Part shown: positions 41,472-52,725 of the stretch, piece after piece
Layout of the letters: every line of letters begins with the position of its first letter
Numbering within the stretch: the stretch's first letter is position 1
From: Parcubacteria group bacterium M6-OD1-4
GTDB taxonomy: Bacteria; Patescibacteriota; Patescibacteriia; Patescibacteriales; UBA12465
DNA length: 64,000 nt
NCBI GenBank assembly: GCA_003056205.1
Contig: LSNS01000019.1
Span: 5,630 to 69,629, forward strand
Direction: 5' to 3'
Position numbers and translations under genes: made by a program
Notes under the pieces: generated by a model
Database searches by the model: none
Told to the model about the DNA's origin: nothing
Seen by the model: the letters and a program-made list of their open reading frames with translations, nothing else

Positions 41472-42173
41472 TTATTTTAAAATTAACCAATAATTGAAAG
41501 GATCACAAGTAATCCTTTCAATATTTAAACCAGTTTTTTTTGCCAAATCTTTTAATTCTAGTTTGGTAAAAACATGATAATAACGTTGACTAATCTCTTC
41601 CCCACGAGAATTTTTCCAAGGAAAAACTAAATCTCCAAAATCTAATTTGTTCCGACCAATGATTTTCAAGAGACTATTTTTAAAAATTAAACTTCGATAT
41701 TTTTTCTTGTTCGCTGCCCGATTCCATAAATTCCAAACACTAAGAATAATCTTTCCAGATGAAGCGAGCTTCTCTCGTAATTCTTCAAAAGCTTTAAGCC
41801 GTAATTTTTGACCAGGAATATGTGGTAAAACGGCGACACAAAAAATATAATCAAAATGACCAGAAATAGTTTCCAAATTTAATAAATCACCAGTAATAAA
41901 TTTATGTGTCGGATAATTTAAACGAGCAATTTTTATTAATTCTTCACTATTATCTACTCCTAAATAATTAATTTTTTTATTTTGAAATAAGTCTAATAAA
42001 CGACCATTGCCACAACCAACGTCTAAAATTCGTGCTCCATTAGGAATGCTTTGCGCTAAATTCTTTAGTTCTGGCCAAATTTCTTTTTTACGAGTCGCAT
42101 CAAATTCCTGAGCAATTTTTTGATAATTATCTTTAACTAAATTCAATAATTTATTACTAATTTCTGGCTTCAT
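41472..42173 (-). CDS. Class I SAM-dependent methyltransferase (Trm9/ALKBH8-like)
   Basis: Y.KIA.EFDATR...W, LDVGCGNGR, AVLPHI, VW, RYYHVF. Confidence 0.8.
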   Translation of the reverse strand: MKPEISNKLLNLVKDNYQKIAQEFDATRKKEIWPELKNLAQSIPNGARILDVGCGNGRLLDLFQNKKINYLGVDNSEELIKIARLNYPTHKFITGDLLNLETISGHFDYIFCVAVLPHIPGQKLRLKAFEELREKLASSGKIILSVWNLWNRAANKKKYRSLIFKNSLLKIIGRNKLDFGDLVFPWKNSRGEEISQRYYHVFTKLELKDLAKKTGLNIERITCDPFNYWLILK

Positions 42174-42214
42174 ATTATTTATAGTATTCCGAAAAAATTT
42201 AAAATAAACAAAAG

Positions 42215-43996
42215 TTAATTTAAATATTCACGATGTTCATAATCTTGACCATTTTTATTTTTGAACTTTTGTAATTTTAAACAATTATCACAATGCCCAC
42301 AAGGATCAGTTCCGGGATCACCAAAATATTTTAAAATATACTTTTGACGACAAGAAACTTGGTGAACATAGTTTTCCATTTCATTTAATTTTTCATAAGC
42401 CCGATCCGACTTTGCTTGCAGAGCAGAAAAATCTAAATTTAAATCTGTGGGTTCAACAATTTTTAGAATTTTTATTTCTGTGCCCCGAAAAGGAGGGTGA
42501 TAATCTACTAAATTGTTTTCAGCTAATTTTTTAATTGTTCGTAATAAAGAAGCTTTTTTGACTTGCAGAACAATCGCTACTTCATCAAGATTAAATTCCC
42601 AACCCGCCTGTAATTCTGCGGAATATTTTTCTTGTAATTTATTAACCACTTCCAATTGCTTTTTAGCTCGTGACCCCAAAGAAGCAATAACTTCTGACCA
42701 ATCTTTTTCTAATTTTAAATAGGAACTAGAGCTTTTTTCTTTGAGTCGAGCTAAATAAGATTCTCTTTCTAAAATTTTTAAAGCGGTTCCAATGGCCATC
42801 TCGGGAACAGAATCCGAAATATTTTTTGCTATCTCAGCATAAGTAATTAAAATAGAATCTTGGGGCTTAGCTTGTTCTTCATTTAAATCTAAGAGAAACT
42901 GATAAATTTCAATAATTGTTTCGGGCCGAGGATTATCCCCTTTAATAAAAAACTCTCGTAAATAGCGATCTTGTTGGTTATAAAATAACAAACAAAAACT
43001 ACTTTGCCCATCACGTCCTGCTCGTCCTGCTTCTTGATAATAAGCTTCAATAGTTCCCGGTAAATCATAGTGAATTACAAAACGAATATCTTTTTTATTA
43101 ATTCCCAAACCAAAAGCATTAGTGGCGACCACAACTTGTGCTTGGCCAGTCATAAATTGTTCCTGTACCCAGTTTCGACTATTAATATCTAGACCCGCAT
43201 GATAAGCCACTGCTTTGACATTGTTATCCATTAAAACCTCAAGAAGTTCATTGGCCTTCGCTCGGGTCCCAACATAGATAATCCCTGACCCTAAATCAGG
43301 ATTGGTCGTTAATAAATTAACAATGTTTTCTGTTTTTTGACCATTAGTTGCTAAAGAGGCGGCAAATTGTAAATTCGGCCGAGCAAATCCAGTGACAACT
43401 AAATCAGCCTGTTCAATTTGTAATTGTTTAATAATATCGTCTCGAACTTCTGGGGTAGCGGTGGCCGTTAGGGCAACAACTGTCGGTGAACCAAGTAATT
43501 TAATGACCGTTTTTAAACGTAAATAACTAGGGCGAAAATCATGTCCCCACTGACTAATACAGTGAGCTTCATCAATCGCAAATAAGGAAATCTGAAGACG
43601 TTTCAATTCTTGAATAAAATTTTGATTATAAAACCGTTCTGGGGTGACATAAATAATTTTATAAACACCGTTTTGAATTTTTTGTAAACGCTGTGCTAAT
43701 TCCGAAGGACTAACAGAAGAATTAATAAAAGTAGAGGGAATACCAATTTTTTCTAAAGAATCAACCTGATCTTTCATCAGGGAAATTAAAGGAGAAACCA
43801 CAAGAGTAAGACCTTCTAAGACTAAGGCGGTTAATTGAAAAATTAAAGATTTTCCACCACCCGTTGGTAAAACAACCACCGTATTACGTTTTGCTAAAAT
43901 ATTATCAATCGCTGGTTCTTGCCCTGGTAAAAAAGATTCATAAGAAAAATGAATCTTGAGCAGTTCTATTAATTGTTGTTTTTGTTGGGAAATCAT
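42215..43996 (-). CDS. recQ: RecQ-family DNA helicase
   Basis: [32 protein letters not shown], Zn-binding C..CDNC. Confidence 0.93.
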   Translation of the reverse strand: MISQQKQQLIELLKIHFSYESFLPGQEPAIDNILAKRNTVVVLPTGGGKSLIFQLTALVLEGLTLVVSPLISLMKDQVDSLEKIGIPSTFINSSVSPSELAQRLQKIQNGVYKIIYVTPERFYNQNFIQELKRLQISLFAIDEAHCISQWGHDFRPSYLRLKTVIKLLGSPTVVALTATATPEVRDDIIKQLQIEQADLVVTGFARPNLQFAASLATNGQKTENIVNLLTTNPDLGSGIIYVGTRAKANELLEVLMDNNVKAVAYHAGLDINSRNWVQEQFMTGQAQVVVATNAFGLGINKKDIRFVIHYDLPGTIEAYYQEAGRAGRDGQSSFCLLFYNQQDRYLREFFIKGDNPRPETIIEIYQFLLDLNEEQAKPQDSILITYAEIAKNISDSVPEMAIGTALKILERESYLARLKEKSSSSYLKLEKDWSEVIASLGSRAKKQLEVVNKLQEKYSAELQAGWEFNLDEVAIVLQVKKASLLRTIKKLAENNLVDYHPPFRGTEIKILKIVEPTDLNLDFSALQAKSDRAYEKLNEMENYVHQVSCRQKYILKYFGDPGTDPCGHCDNCLKLQKFKNKNGQDYEHREYLN

Positions 43997-44029
43997 TCAA
44001 TAATTAAAAATAAATAAACTGTAAAATAC

Positions 44030-44842
44030 TTAATCTCTCTCAGGATTTAAAGAAGAACGCCGTTTAAAAATCTCTAAAGTATTTTTAAATAAAAAAGCGA
44101 TAGTTAGTGGGCCAATCCCTCCAGGGACGGGAGTGATAAAAGAAGCTTTATCTTTAATACTTTCATAATCAACATCTCCCAGAACTTTTTTGCCAACACT
44201 AGTAATTCCAATATCAATAATAACCGCTTGTTCTTTAATCATTTCTTTTTTAATAATTTGTGGTTTTCCTTGAGAAGTAATTAATAAATCGCTATTTTGA
44301 GAATTATGCTGCAGAAATACTTCCATATTCTTTTGTTCTAATAGTTTTTTAACACTCAAACCAAAGATGTCTGAATTATAAAGTAAACAAGCTTTTTTCC
44401 CCTGAGAAATAAATTTTATTCTTTCCAGAGAAGCATTAATCGAAGCTAAAACAGGCGATAATAAATAATCAGGGTGATCGGGGTGAAAGCCGTCAACATC
44501 TTTTTGGGGATTGAGTTGGTGAATAATTTGGTTGGTATTAAATTTTTTAGGTAATGGCAACTGAACTAAAATACCGTCAATTGTTTGATCATGGTTTAAG
44601 AAATTAATTACTGCTAATAATTCTTTCTCGGAAACATCGCTAGTTAGTTGATAAAGGTGAGTGTCAATTCCCACTTTTTTTCCTTCTCTTTCTTTAAGAG
44701 AAACATACAATTTGGAATCGGCCCGTTCGCCAACCAAAATAATAGCTAAATTAGGTCGAAGTTTTTTAAATTTAAAAATTTCGCCAGCAATTTTTCCTTT
44801 AATTCTTTCCGCAATCGCTCGCCCATCAATTTTTTGAACCAT
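44030..44842 (-). CDS. folD: Methylenetetrahydrofolate dehydrogenase/cyclohydrolase
   Basis: GILVQLPLP, KDVDGFHP, TPVPGGIGPLT. Confidence 0.93.
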   Translation of the reverse strand: MVQKIDGRAIAERIKGKIAGEIFKFKKLRPNLAIILVGERADSKLYVSLKEREGKKVGIDTHLYQLTSDVSEKELLAVINFLNHDQTIDGILVQLPLPKKFNTNQIIHQLNPQKDVDGFHPDHPDYLLSPVLASINASLERIKFISQGKKACLLYNSDIFGLSVKKLLEQKNMEVFLQHNSQNSDLLITSQGKPQIIKKEMIKEQAVIIDIGITSVGKKVLGDVDYESIKDKASFITPVPGGIGPLTIAFLFKNTLEIFKRRSSLNPERD

Positions 44843-44843
44843 A

Positions 44844-46094
44844 TTATTTTTCTTTGGTAGGAATCGGAAAATTATTACATAATTCTTTAACTTCTTGTTT
44901 TAAAGAAGATAATTTATTTTCCTGGTCCTTATTCTGAAAAGCTTGATTAATAAAATTAACAATAATCTTCATCTCCTTTTCTTTCATTCCCCTGGTTGTC
45001 AGAGCTGGGGTCCCAAGTCTAATACCTGAAGGATTTAGTGGTGAATTAGGATCATTAGGAATGGTTGAACGAGAAATGGAAATACCAATTTTCTCTAAAA
45101 TCTTTTCAGCCTCTTTACCAACCAAATTTTTATTAGTTAAATTTAGAACCATTAAATGATTATCAGTTCCTCCAGAAATTATTTGATAGCCAAACTTAAT
45201 AAATTCTTCAGCCATCGCTTGGGCATTACTAATTATTTGCCGAGAATAATCAACAAATTCTGCTTGCAGGGCTTCACCGAAAGCCACGGCTTTAGCCGCC
45301 GTAATATGATCATGGGGACCACCTTGCATTCCCGGAAAAACCGCACTATCAACTTGTTTGGCAAATTTTTCACGACACATAATAATTGCACCTCGTGGTC
45401 CACGCAAGGTTTTGTGAGTTGTTGTAGAAACAACATCAAAAATCGGCACTGGATTAGTCAATTGTTTCGCCGCAATTAAACCAGCAATATGAGCAATGTC
45501 GGCAAAAGTATAAGCTCCGACTTCATCAGCAATATCTTTAAATTTTTGCCAATCAATTTCGCGAGAATAAGCACTAAAGCCAGCGACAATCATTTTAGGT
45601 TTTTCACGAAGAGCAATTTCTCGAACTTCAGCCATATCAATAATTCCAGTTTGAAGATTAACCCCATACTGAACAAAATTATATAAACGCCCTGAAAAAT
45701 TTACCCGATGACCATGGGATAAATGACCGCCATGATCTAGTTTTAGACCCAAAACTTTATCGCCCGGATTCAAAAATGCCATATAAACCGCGGCATTAGC
45801 CGGAGAACCAGATAACGGTTGAACATTAACATGCTCTGCTCCAAATAATTTTTTAGCACGTTCAATTGCTAAACTTTCAATATCATCAATATTATAATTA
45901 CCTCCATAATATCGTCGGCCAACATAACCTTCGCTGTATTTATTAGTTAAAACAGTAGCCATGGCTTCTAAAACTGCGGGGCTAACATAATTTTCTGAAG
46001 CAATAAGCTCCAATTCTTCATTTTGACGTTGTTCTTCCTTTTTAATTATTTCCCAAACTGCTGAATCTTGTTGTGATAGATGTTGATATTTCAT
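44844..46094 (-). CDS. glyA: Serine hydroxymethyltransferase
   Basis: LIASEN, GGHLSHG, TTTHKTLRGPRG. Confidence 0.98.
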   Translation of the reverse strand: MKYQHLSQQDSAVWEIIKKEEQRQNEELELIASENYVSPAVLEAMATVLTNKYSEGYVGRRYYGGNYNIDDIESLAIERAKKLFGAEHVNVQPLSGSPANAAVYMAFLNPGDKVLGLKLDHGGHLSHGHRVNFSGRLYNFVQYGVNLQTGIIDMAEVREIALREKPKMIVAGFSAYSREIDWQKFKDIADEVGAYTFADIAHIAGLIAAKQLTNPVPIFDVVSTTTHKTLRGPRGAIIMCREKFAKQVDSAVFPGMQGGPHDHITAAKAVAFGEALQAEFVDYSRQIISNAQAMAEEFIKFGYQIISGGTDNHLMVLNLTNKNLVGKEAEKILEKIGISISRSTIPNDPNSPLNPSGIRLGTPALTTRGMKEKEMKIIVNFINQAFQNKDQENKLSSLKQEVKELCNNFPIPTKEK

Positions 46095-46171
46095 ATAATT
46101 ATTACTCTGAATTAAATAAGGAGACGATGGTTTAATTTTAAGTTAGTAAAATGTTTTTGTCAAAAATAAGA

Positions 46172-47791
46172 TTATTTTAACCTTTTTACTAAATATGTCT
46201 TTTGTAAGTGATAGCCAAGATGACGATAATATTGTCGAACCCCCACACCTGAAATAATTGCCAAACGATTAATCTTATTTTTCACTACTAACTTTTCAGC
46301 AATTTTTAATAATTCTTTTCCCAGTCCACTGTGCTGAATCTGATGATCATTACCAATTGGAACCAGTTCACCATAAACATGTAATTCTCTAATAATAGCA
46401 GGAGCCACAGGACTATTTTGATCAAGACGAAGGCGACAAAAACCGTATAGGATTTGTCCATCCAAACTGTCAGCACTAATAAAATATTCTATTCCGTGTG
46501 AAGCGGGATATTTAATAAAATTAATTTGATACTTAAGGATTTTTAGTCCCCGAGCTTCTCGACAACGAATACATTGACATTTTACCCCCTGGTCTTTAAG
46601 AATTTGTCTTAAATTAGTAATTTTATTGCCCGCCACAATTGATTCTCCGGGAATATCTCTAATTAATCGCATAATTCTGACATAGCGAGGAACTGCAGAT
46701 TTACAGGCAATAATTAATTTTTGTAAGACTGAATCAGAATATGGCTGATATTTTCCAGTTAAATACCAGCGGTATAAAAGACTACCATGAGTAACAACTG
46801 TAGGATAAAATTTAATTTGATCGGGCTGAAACCTCTCATCACTAAACAATTGTTTAAATAAAGCTAAATCTTTGACCGGGTTTGAGCCTGGAAGTGCTGG
46901 CATCACATGATAGGTAATTTTAAAACCAAATTGCTTTAGAAGTTTGGTAGCACTAGTAATTTCAGCAACACCGTGTCCACGCTGATTTAATTTTAAAATA
47001 TCATCGTCGATAACTTGAACTCCAATTTCCACTCGAGTACAACCCAATTCCCTCATCTTTAACAACTCCTGACGACTAATATAGTCCGGACGTGTTTCTA
47101 AAGTGATGCCAATAATTTGATAATGAGCCGTCTCATTCTTTTTTTGTTCTTTTTTTAAAAGTTTTTTTAATACTACTAAACTTAAATTTTGTTTATCCGG
47201 AGTAATTAATTTAATCTGAGCCTTTTTTTCTGAAAATGTCTGTTGAAAAATATTGTTTCTATTTTTGGGATAATTATTAGCGGCCCGAAAACAACTTAAA
47301 ATATACCAATATTGATAACGAGTTGGTAAATAACTCCAAGTTCCTCCAATAACAATTAGCTCAATCTTAGTTGGTTGATGACCGTTATTCTCTAAAGATT
47401 TCAAACGTGAGCTAACTTGTTGATAGGGATTATACTGACAACGAATAGCTCTCATTACTGCCGGTTCGTTAGACAAATAGCTGGTGGGAACATTGTCTTC
47501 ATGAGGACAATAGACACATTTTCCTGGACAGGGATAGGGTTTAGTTAAAACCGCAACTGGAGCCACTCCTGATAAAGTTCGGATTGATCGTTTCCGTAAA
47601 CTATTTTCTAATAATTTTAAAGGTTTTTGCCCAGCAGATAATAAGACTTGATATTCTTGGAAAATATCAGAATTTAAAATGGTTGATAAATGATATTTTT
47701 TACAAATAAGCCGTTTAACATTTTCTAAATCATGACGATTTTTAATCTGGGGGGCATAATTTTCTAATAATTTTTTTATTGCTTCAGACAT
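46172..47791 (-). CDS. elp3: Elp3-family radical SAM/GNAT tRNA U34 modification enzyme
   Basis: RTLSGVAPVAV, CPGKCVYCP, GGT, ETRPD, RELHVYG, QHSGLGK, ISGVGVRQYY. Confidence 0.9.
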   Translation of the reverse strand: MSEAIKKLLENYAPQIKNRHDLENVKRLICKKYHLSTILNSDIFQEYQVLLSAGQKPLKLLENSLRKRSIRTLSGVAPVAVLTKPYPCPGKCVYCPHEDNVPTSYLSNEPAVMRAIRCQYNPYQQVSSRLKSLENNGHQPTKIELIVIGGTWSYLPTRYQYWYILSCFRAANNYPKNRNNIFQQTFSEKKAQIKLITPDKQNLSLVVLKKLLKKEQKKNETAHYQIIGITLETRPDYISRQELLKMRELGCTRVEIGVQVIDDDILKLNQRGHGVAEITSATKLLKQFGFKITYHVMPALPGSNPVKDLALFKQLFSDERFQPDQIKFYPTVVTHGSLLYRWYLTGKYQPYSDSVLQKLIIACKSAVPRYVRIMRLIRDIPGESIVAGNKITNLRQILKDQGVKCQCIRCREARGLKILKYQINFIKYPASHGIEYFISADSLDGQILYGFCRLRLDQNSPVAPAIIRELHVYGELVPIGNDHQIQHSGLGKELLKIAEKLVVKNKINRLAIISGVGVRQYYRHLGYHLQKTYLVKRLK

Positions 47792-47866
47792 ACTTTTAAG
47801 TTATAATAACAATGGTAATATTTTAACTGCCATCTAACAATATAACATTTTTTTTAATTAAACAAT

Positions 47867-49003
47867 ATGAGAATGAATAACAAAATTATCAAAATTTTTT
47901 TATTTTTAATTATCGCTTTTTCCCCTTTACTCGCTGTTCACGCTAGTTCTTTTGCAACCGCCAATTCAGTTGTTTTGAAAAAAAATCAAATTATTGCTGG
48001 AAGTTATTACGTCAGCGGACAAAACGTTGTTATTAATGGAAGGGTTAGCGGTGATTTAGTAGTAATTGCTAAAAGTTTAACAATTAATAACTCGGTTGGT
48101 GGCGATCTGATTGCTCTAGCTCAAAAGATTAATATTAATGCTCCAATACGAGGAAATGTGCGGGTTATTAGCGATAATCTAACGATTAATAATATCGTTG
48201 CTCGTAATGTTGATGCTCTCGCCAATAAAATAACCTTTAACTCTAATACTCATATTGGTTGGGACGCCTATCTGCTTGGGCAAGACTTAGACATGCAAGG
48301 AATATTGAAAGGAAATTTAACTGGTCGTTTTCAACAAGCAATAATTTCTGGGAAAATTGGTAAAAATCTTAAGTTAAAATTAGACACTGAAGAAAATCAA
48401 AACAACTTAATAATTAGTCCGCAAGCGATTATTAAAGGTAATGTTATCTATACTTCACGAAAAACTGCCAATATTTCTAAACAAGCAACTATTTTAGGTG
48501 AAATACAAAAAAAAATACCAACTAAAGAAAAAGGTAATTTTTGGCTCATTTGGTTATGGACAGAAATTCTGGCCATTTTCTCCGCTTTAATTGTTGGCTT
48601 AGTATTAATTTTTGTAGCTAAAGATTTTATTCCCAAAATTTTTAATGAAATCCAAAAAAATCCTGTTAAAAAGAGCCTGTCAGGATTAGTTCTACTAATT
48701 GCTTTGCCGATAACCGCTTTAATTTTAACAATTACTTTAATTGGTATTCCACTCGCTTTAATTATTGTTGCTTTTTGGTTGATAGCTGTTTATTTGGCAA
48801 AAATATTAATTGCGATTTTAATTGGACAAATTATAATTAAAAATTTAATTAAAAAACCTAACCCCTCACTATTCTGGCCATTAGTTGTCGGGGTAATTAT
48901 TAGCTACTTATTATTCTCCATTACAATTATCGGTTGGATATTAGCTTTAATTGCTGTTTGTTTAGTCTGGGGTAATATTTGGACATATGTTAACAATAAA
49001 TAA
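47867..49003 (+). CDS. Membrane protein with beta-helical (polymer-forming cytoskeletal-like) repeats
   Basis: Signal peptide, V.GDL/I.G.V repeats, C-terminal multi-TM domain. Confidence 0.72.
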   Translation: MRMNNKIIKIFLFLIIAFSPLLAVHASSFATANSVVLKKNQIIAGSYYVSGQNVVINGRVSGDLVVIAKSLTINNSVGGDLIALAQKININAPIRGNVRVISDNLTINNIVARNVDALANKITFNSNTHIGWDAYLLGQDLDMQGILKGNLTGRFQQAIISGKIGKNLKLKLDTEENQNNLIISPQAIIKGNVIYTSRKTANISKQATILGEIQKKIPTKEKGNFWLIWLWTEILAIFSALIVGLVLIFVAKDFIPKIFNEIQKNPVKKSLSGLVLLIALPITALILTITLIGIPLALIIVAFWLIAVYLAKILIAILIGQIIIKNLIKKPNPSLFWPLVVGVIISYLLFSITIIGWILALIAVCLVWGNIWTYVNNK

Positions 49004-50360
49004 GAAGATTTTTAAAGCCTATGATATCCGAGGGGTTTATAATCAAGATTTTGATGATGAATTCGCCTACTTATTAGGACTCGCTTACGTGGAACTACGA
49101 AAGACTGATGCTGATTATCAAATTAATAATAAATTACAAATTGGTGTCGCTAGCGATATGCGACTTTCTTCACCACAGTTAAAAGCTAAGCTTCTTCAAG
49201 GTTTAACTGCAGCAGGCGTAGAAGCTATTGATTTAGGAATTATTTCTACCCCTACTTTTTATTTTGCTATCGGTCATTATAATTATGGTGGGGGAATTAT
49301 GATTTCTGCCTCACATAATCCTAAAGAGTGGAATGGATTTAAATTAGTTCGTCCTCGCGGAGTGCCTATTAGTGGAGAAACTGGAATAGATTTTCTTAAA
49401 GAAAAAATTCTTAAAAATTCTCTTACACCCGCTGCTCACCCTGGAAAAATAATTAAAAACGAACAAGCCCTAGAAGATGAACTCGCCAACACTTTACAAG
49501 CAGTTAATCTCCAACAAATAAAAAATTTTAAAATTGTGGCAGATGCTGCTAATGGCATGGGATCAACTTATTTAAGTCCCTTATTATCCAAGTTACCAGG
49601 AAAATTTATTCCTGTAAATTTTAACCTAGATGGCTCATTTCCTGTTCATGAGGCCAATCCTTCAAAAGAAGAAAATCTTCAAGAAATAAAAAAGGAAGTT
49701 CAAAAACAAGGAGCTGATCTCGGTATTACCACTGATGGCGATGGTGATCGCATCTTTTTTATAGACAATAATGGCCAAACAATTAATCCCGCTATTATTC
49801 GTGGCCTTTTGGCAAAAGTTTTTCTCAAGGATCGACCAGGGTCAAAAATTGGTTATGATGTTCGTCCAGGAAAAATTACCACCGATTTAATTCTGGAAAA
49901 TGGCGGTCAAGCAGTAATGACTCGTGTCGGACACTCTTTAATTAAGGAACAAATGTTAAAAGAAAATATTTATTTTGCTGGTGAATCTTCGGGGCATTTT
50001 TATTTACAAGGGACAGCGGGTTGCTTTGAATATCCGGGAATAATGATTCTAAAATTATTAAGTTTGTTTTCTACCGCCCCGGGAACTATTGCGGACTATA
50101 TTAAACCTGATAATAAATATTTTTCTTCGGGAGAAATTAACCGACCAGTTAATGATACCGAAACTATTTTTCAAAAAATTAAAACAAAATATGCTAATGG
50201 TAAAATCACAGAATTAGATGGAATTTCTGTTAATTATCCTGATTTTTGGTTTAATGTTCGAGCCTCCAATACCGAACCACTAATTCGTTTAAATTTAGAA
50301 GCCACCAGTGAAAAAATAATGGCTGAAAAAAGGGATGAGGTTCTGGCTTTAATGAAATAA
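48987..50360 (+). CDS. Phosphomannomutase/phosphoglucomutase
   Basis: FKAYDIRG, SASHNP, DGDGDR, GESSGHF. Confidence 0.92.
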   Translation: MLTINKKIFKAYDIRGVYNQDFDDEFAYLLGLAYVELRKTDADYQINNKLQIGVASDMRLSSPQLKAKLLQGLTAAGVEAIDLGIISTPTFYFAIGHYNYGGGIMISASHNPKEWNGFKLVRPRGVPISGETGIDFLKEKILKNSLTPAAHPGKIIKNEQALEDELANTLQAVNLQQIKNFKIVADAANGMGSTYLSPLLSKLPGKFIPVNFNLDGSFPVHEANPSKEENLQEIKKEVQKQGADLGITTDGDGDRIFFIDNNGQTINPAIIRGLLAKVFLKDRPGSKIGYDVRPGKITTDLILENGGQAVMTRVGHSLIKEQMLKENIYFAGESSGHFYLQGTAGCFEYPGIMILKLLSLFSTAPGTIADYIKPDNKYFSSGEINRPVNDTETIFQKIKTKYANGKITELDGISVNYPDFWFNVRASNTEPLIRLNLEATSEKIMAEKRDEVLALMK

Positions 50361-50375
50361 AAAATTTAGAAACTT

Positions 50376-50406
50376 AAAAAGACTTTCAACCTTGAAAGTC
50401 TTTTTT
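50376..50406. terminator. Bidirectional terminator
   Basis: AAAAAGACTTTCAA/TTGAAAGTCTTTTT. Confidence 0.75.
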
Positions 50407-50453
50407 AGATAAGCAAAATAAAGAATAAAATCAATAATATTTTAAAACCTCAG

Positions 50454-50723
50454 TTATTTTCGTTCAACGACAATAGTACATTTACTTATTAGGGCGGCTA
50501 AGGCGCCAACTGCTGCTAAAATTGGGGCAAAAACCGTTCCGACGACCACAAAAGTAACAGGAATTTCCAACATTACCTTTCCTTTTTCATTCTTAATAAT
50601 AATCCGACGGACATTGCCCTCTTTAATTAATTCTGTAACTTTCTTTAAAACTTCATGACCATAAACTTTAAATTGTTCTTGCTTAAACTTTTTTGAGGAA
50701 GTAGTTTTTGTTGTTGGAGACAT
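50454..50723 (-). CDS. DUF4342-like protein
   Basis: LIKEGNVRRIIIK..G..LEIP ... LAAVGALAAL..C.I.V. Confidence 0.8.
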   Translation of the reverse strand: MSPTTKTTSSKKFKQEQFKVYGHEVLKKVTELIKEGNVRRIIIKNEKGKVMLEIPVTFVVVGTVFAPILAAVGALAALISKCTIVVERK

Positions 50724-50776
50724 AAATTTAAAATTAATTTATTACTTTCTTAGTATACCATTTATTACTAAATAAT

Positions 50777-52453
50777 TTAACTATTTAATTTTAGATGATA
50801 AGCTTTTTTAATATATTCTTTTAAGGCCCGATCAGTATTAAAATAGGAAGCATTTAAACTAATAGCAAAACGCATAAATTTTCGCCAAGTTTCTTGATCT
50901 TGATAATAAGTTGGTAAAATTTCTGTTTCTAATAAATCGTAAATATTACTAGATGTTGCTTTATCATTTTTAATATTTTTTTCAATAATTGCCCAACCAG
51001 TTTTATGTTTATGATAGGCTTCGGGCCACCAACCATCTAGGGTGCTTAATTGGGGAACACCATTATGAGCAGCTTTCATGCCACTTGTTCCTGAAGCTTC
51101 ATTGGGGGGGAGCGGAGTGTTTAACCAAAGGTCTACTCCGGGAATTAATAGTTGCGCTAAATCTAAATCATAATTTTCTAAAAAAACTATTTTTATTTTA
51201 TCTTGCAGTTCTTCCTTAAATTGATAAATCTTTTTAATTAATCCTTTTCCCTTTAGATCGTGAGAATGAGCTTTCCCAGCATAAATAATCTGAAACGGAC
51301 CACTATGTTTTTGCACAGCTAAAAGGCGTTTAATATTATAAAATAAAAAGTCCGGTCTTTTATAGGAAGAAAAACGACGAGCAAAACCAATAGTAAAAAC
51401 ATCATTGCTAAACTTAGTTGAAGAGCGTTGATTAACGGTTTCAATTAAGCGCCGTTTGGCTTCACGATGAGCAGTCCAAATTTCTATCGTCGGTAAACAA
51501 TCGGCCTGGGCTAGTTGAGAATTATCAAGTCGCCATTTCGGTAAATATTTGTCATATAGTTTTTTAAATTCTGGGCTGGTCCAAGTCAGAGAATTAACTC
51601 CATTGGTAATAGCCCCAATTTGATAAATCGGAAAAGTCTTTTGGGTAACTTGTTGATGTAATTTAGAAACGGCATTAGTATAGGAACTAAAATATAAACC
51701 AACAATAGTTAAATTAACTTGCCCCTCGTCAATAATTCCCTCTAAATAATCAGGAAAATCTCGTTGATATTTCTTCAAATAATCAAGTGGAAAAACATCT
51801 TGTTCTTTTTTAAGTGGGGTATGGGTAGTAAAGACAATCTGCTGACGAACTTCTGCTGTTTTTTCTTTAGTCGTTAATTTTTTAGAATTTAAAAATAATT
51901 CAATCGCCGCTAAAGCACCGTGCCCTTCATTAAGGTGAAATTTTTTAATATTATGATAGCCTAAGGCTTTCACCATTTTAACCCCAGCGCGCCCTAAAAC
52001 TATTTCTTGTTGCAGACGATATTCTAAATTACCACCATAAAGTTGACCACTTAAATCACGAATTTGACGACTATTCTCTGATAAATCAGTATCTAATAAA
52101 TAGATAGGAATAGAAAATCCCTGCTGACCTTTAATTATATATTTCCAAACACCAACCAAAATTTCTTCATCATTAATATTTACCGTAACTTGTGTAGAAA
52201 GTTTTTCTAACTTGGAAAAATTAAAAGTGGTTTCCGGTTGAATAATTTCTTCACCATCGGAGCTAATGCTTTGCTTAAAATACCCCTGACGATTGAGAAG
52301 GGTAATTCCTAAAATTGGAAAATCTAAATTAGCAGCTGATTTTAATAAATCTCCAGCAAGAACCCCTAGACCGCCCGCATAAGTTTCTAAGTCGTTTTCC
52401 AACGCAATTTCCATGCTAAAATAAGCTACTAAAAACTTATTTTTATTTAACAT
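50777..52453 (-). CDS. glgP: Alpha-glucan phosphorylase
   Basis: AYFSMEI, YAGGLGVLAGD, HLNEGH, EASGTSGMKA; true start MLNKNK at 52453. Confidence 0.93.
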   Translation of the reverse strand: MLNKNKFLVAYFSMEIALENDLETYAGGLGVLAGDLLKSAANLDFPILGITLLNRQGYFKQSISSDGEEIIQPETTFNFSKLEKLSTQVTVNINDEEILVGVWKYIIKGQQGFSIPIYLLDTDLSENSRQIRDLSGQLYGGNLEYRLQQEIVLGRAGVKMVKALGYHNIKKFHLNEGHGALAAIELFLNSKKLTTKEKTAEVRQQIVFTTHTPLKKEQDVFPLDYLKKYQRDFPDYLEGIIDEGQVNLTIVGLYFSSYTNAVSKLHQQVTQKTFPIYQIGAITNGVNSLTWTSPEFKKLYDKYLPKWRLDNSQLAQADCLPTIEIWTAHREAKRRLIETVNQRSSTKFSNDVFTIGFARRFSSYKRPDFLFYNIKRLLAVQKHSGPFQIIYAGKAHSHDLKGKGLIKKIYQFKEELQDKIKIVFLENYDLDLAQLLIPGVDLWLNTPLPPNEASGTSGMKAAHNGVPQLSTLDGWWPEAYHKHKTGWAIIEKNIKNDKATSSNIYDLLETEILPTYYQDQETWRKFMRFAISLNASYFNTDRALKEYIKKAYHLKLNS

Positions 52454-52468
52454 AGTTTTTAATATTAG

Positions 52469-52540
52469 GGTGCCTACTGGGAATCGAACCCAGGCTAACG
52501 GGACCACAACCCACCGTTCTACCATTAAACTATAGGCACC
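52469..52540 (-). tRNA. tRNA-His(GUG)
   Basis: Cloverleaf; loop TT GTG GT; encoded G-1 and C73. Confidence 0.92.
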
Positions 52541-52563
52541 ATATTGGTTTCTATTTAGAAACG

Positions 52564-52635
52564 TACGCCCGGGGGGAGTCGAACCCTCGTCTGGAGCTTA
52601 GAAGGCTCTCGTTCTATCCGTTGAACTACGGGCGC
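52564..52635 (-). tRNA. tRNA-Arg(UCU)
   Basis: Cloverleaf; GAGC-CT TCT AA-GCTC. Confidence 0.92.
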
Positions 52636-52725
52636 AAAATAAATTATACTAATTTAGTAATAATTTTAGCTTAATATTAATAAAAAGAATAATAATTGTC
52701 AAACTTAACAAAAAATTATTTTCTA

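Noticed and set aside
46095..46171. Possible ZTP/THF/glycine riboswitch before glyA
   Set aside because: Only 77 nt, AT-rich, no aptamer consensus visible
52454..52525. N-terminal extension of glgP in the ORF track
   Set aside because: Overlaps tRNA-His; the real start is ATG at 52453
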